Assembly (NCBI RefSeq): GCF_041146345.1
Contig: NW_027191419.1
Span: 620,001-684,000, forward strand
Direction of reading: 5' to 3'
Origin: Neodothiora populina
Lineage: Eukaryota
DNA: 64,000 nucleotides
Under the pieces are notes generated by a model. The model made no database searches and was not told where the DNA came from. It was given only the letters and a program-made list of their open reading frames with translations. The translations under genes and the position numbers were made by a program. This document shows, one piece after another, positions 63,864-64,000 of this stretch (position 1 is its first letter; each line of letters opens with the position of its first letter).

Positions 63864-64000
63864 TGACGACACTTGTTCAAAGACTTACGATCTCCCATGA
63901 GGGCGAGTTGTTTTGCATTAATTTACGACGCCGAGCAACACGACACAGCTTCCCCCCATCCGCGGCAGGATACATAAACGGATCAGCAATTGCGCAGATT

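Overview
Eukaryotic, intron-containing DNA from a filamentous ascomycete (Pezizomycotina; Dothideomycete-like is an inference). It is a gene-dense core-genome window with 20 complete protein-coding genes plus a probable partial gene at the left edge. In order: Rho GEF Rom2, V-ATPase c' (Vma11), a CCDC97-like protein, a large HeLo + pseudokinase + trypsin-like serine protease fusion, a NIPA Mg2+ transporter, an AMPK-CBM-like protein, Pis1, an F-box/LRR-like protein, a membrane-anchored GH16, a Gtt1-type GST, Apc4, delta-COP, a LURP-one/tubby-like protein, an acidic DUF2420/Rmr1-like protein, a DUF336 protein, Drs1, an Ant1-like carrier, an Avt5/6 transporter, Sho1 and a PKA-C2-type kinase. Exon/intron models were built by eye from GT/AG, branch-point motifs and frame continuity. 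All family assignments are from motif recall, not database searches. I recognised no tRNA, rRNA, snRNA, transposon or CRISPR. The most interesting element is the MLKL-like HeLo-pseudokinase joined to an intact His-Asp-Ser protease across an unusually long intron. Other notable items are a 1-nt frameshift and a hidden read-through PTS1 (SRL) in the DUF2420 gene, a GC-AG intron in vma11, and two in-frame retainable introns.
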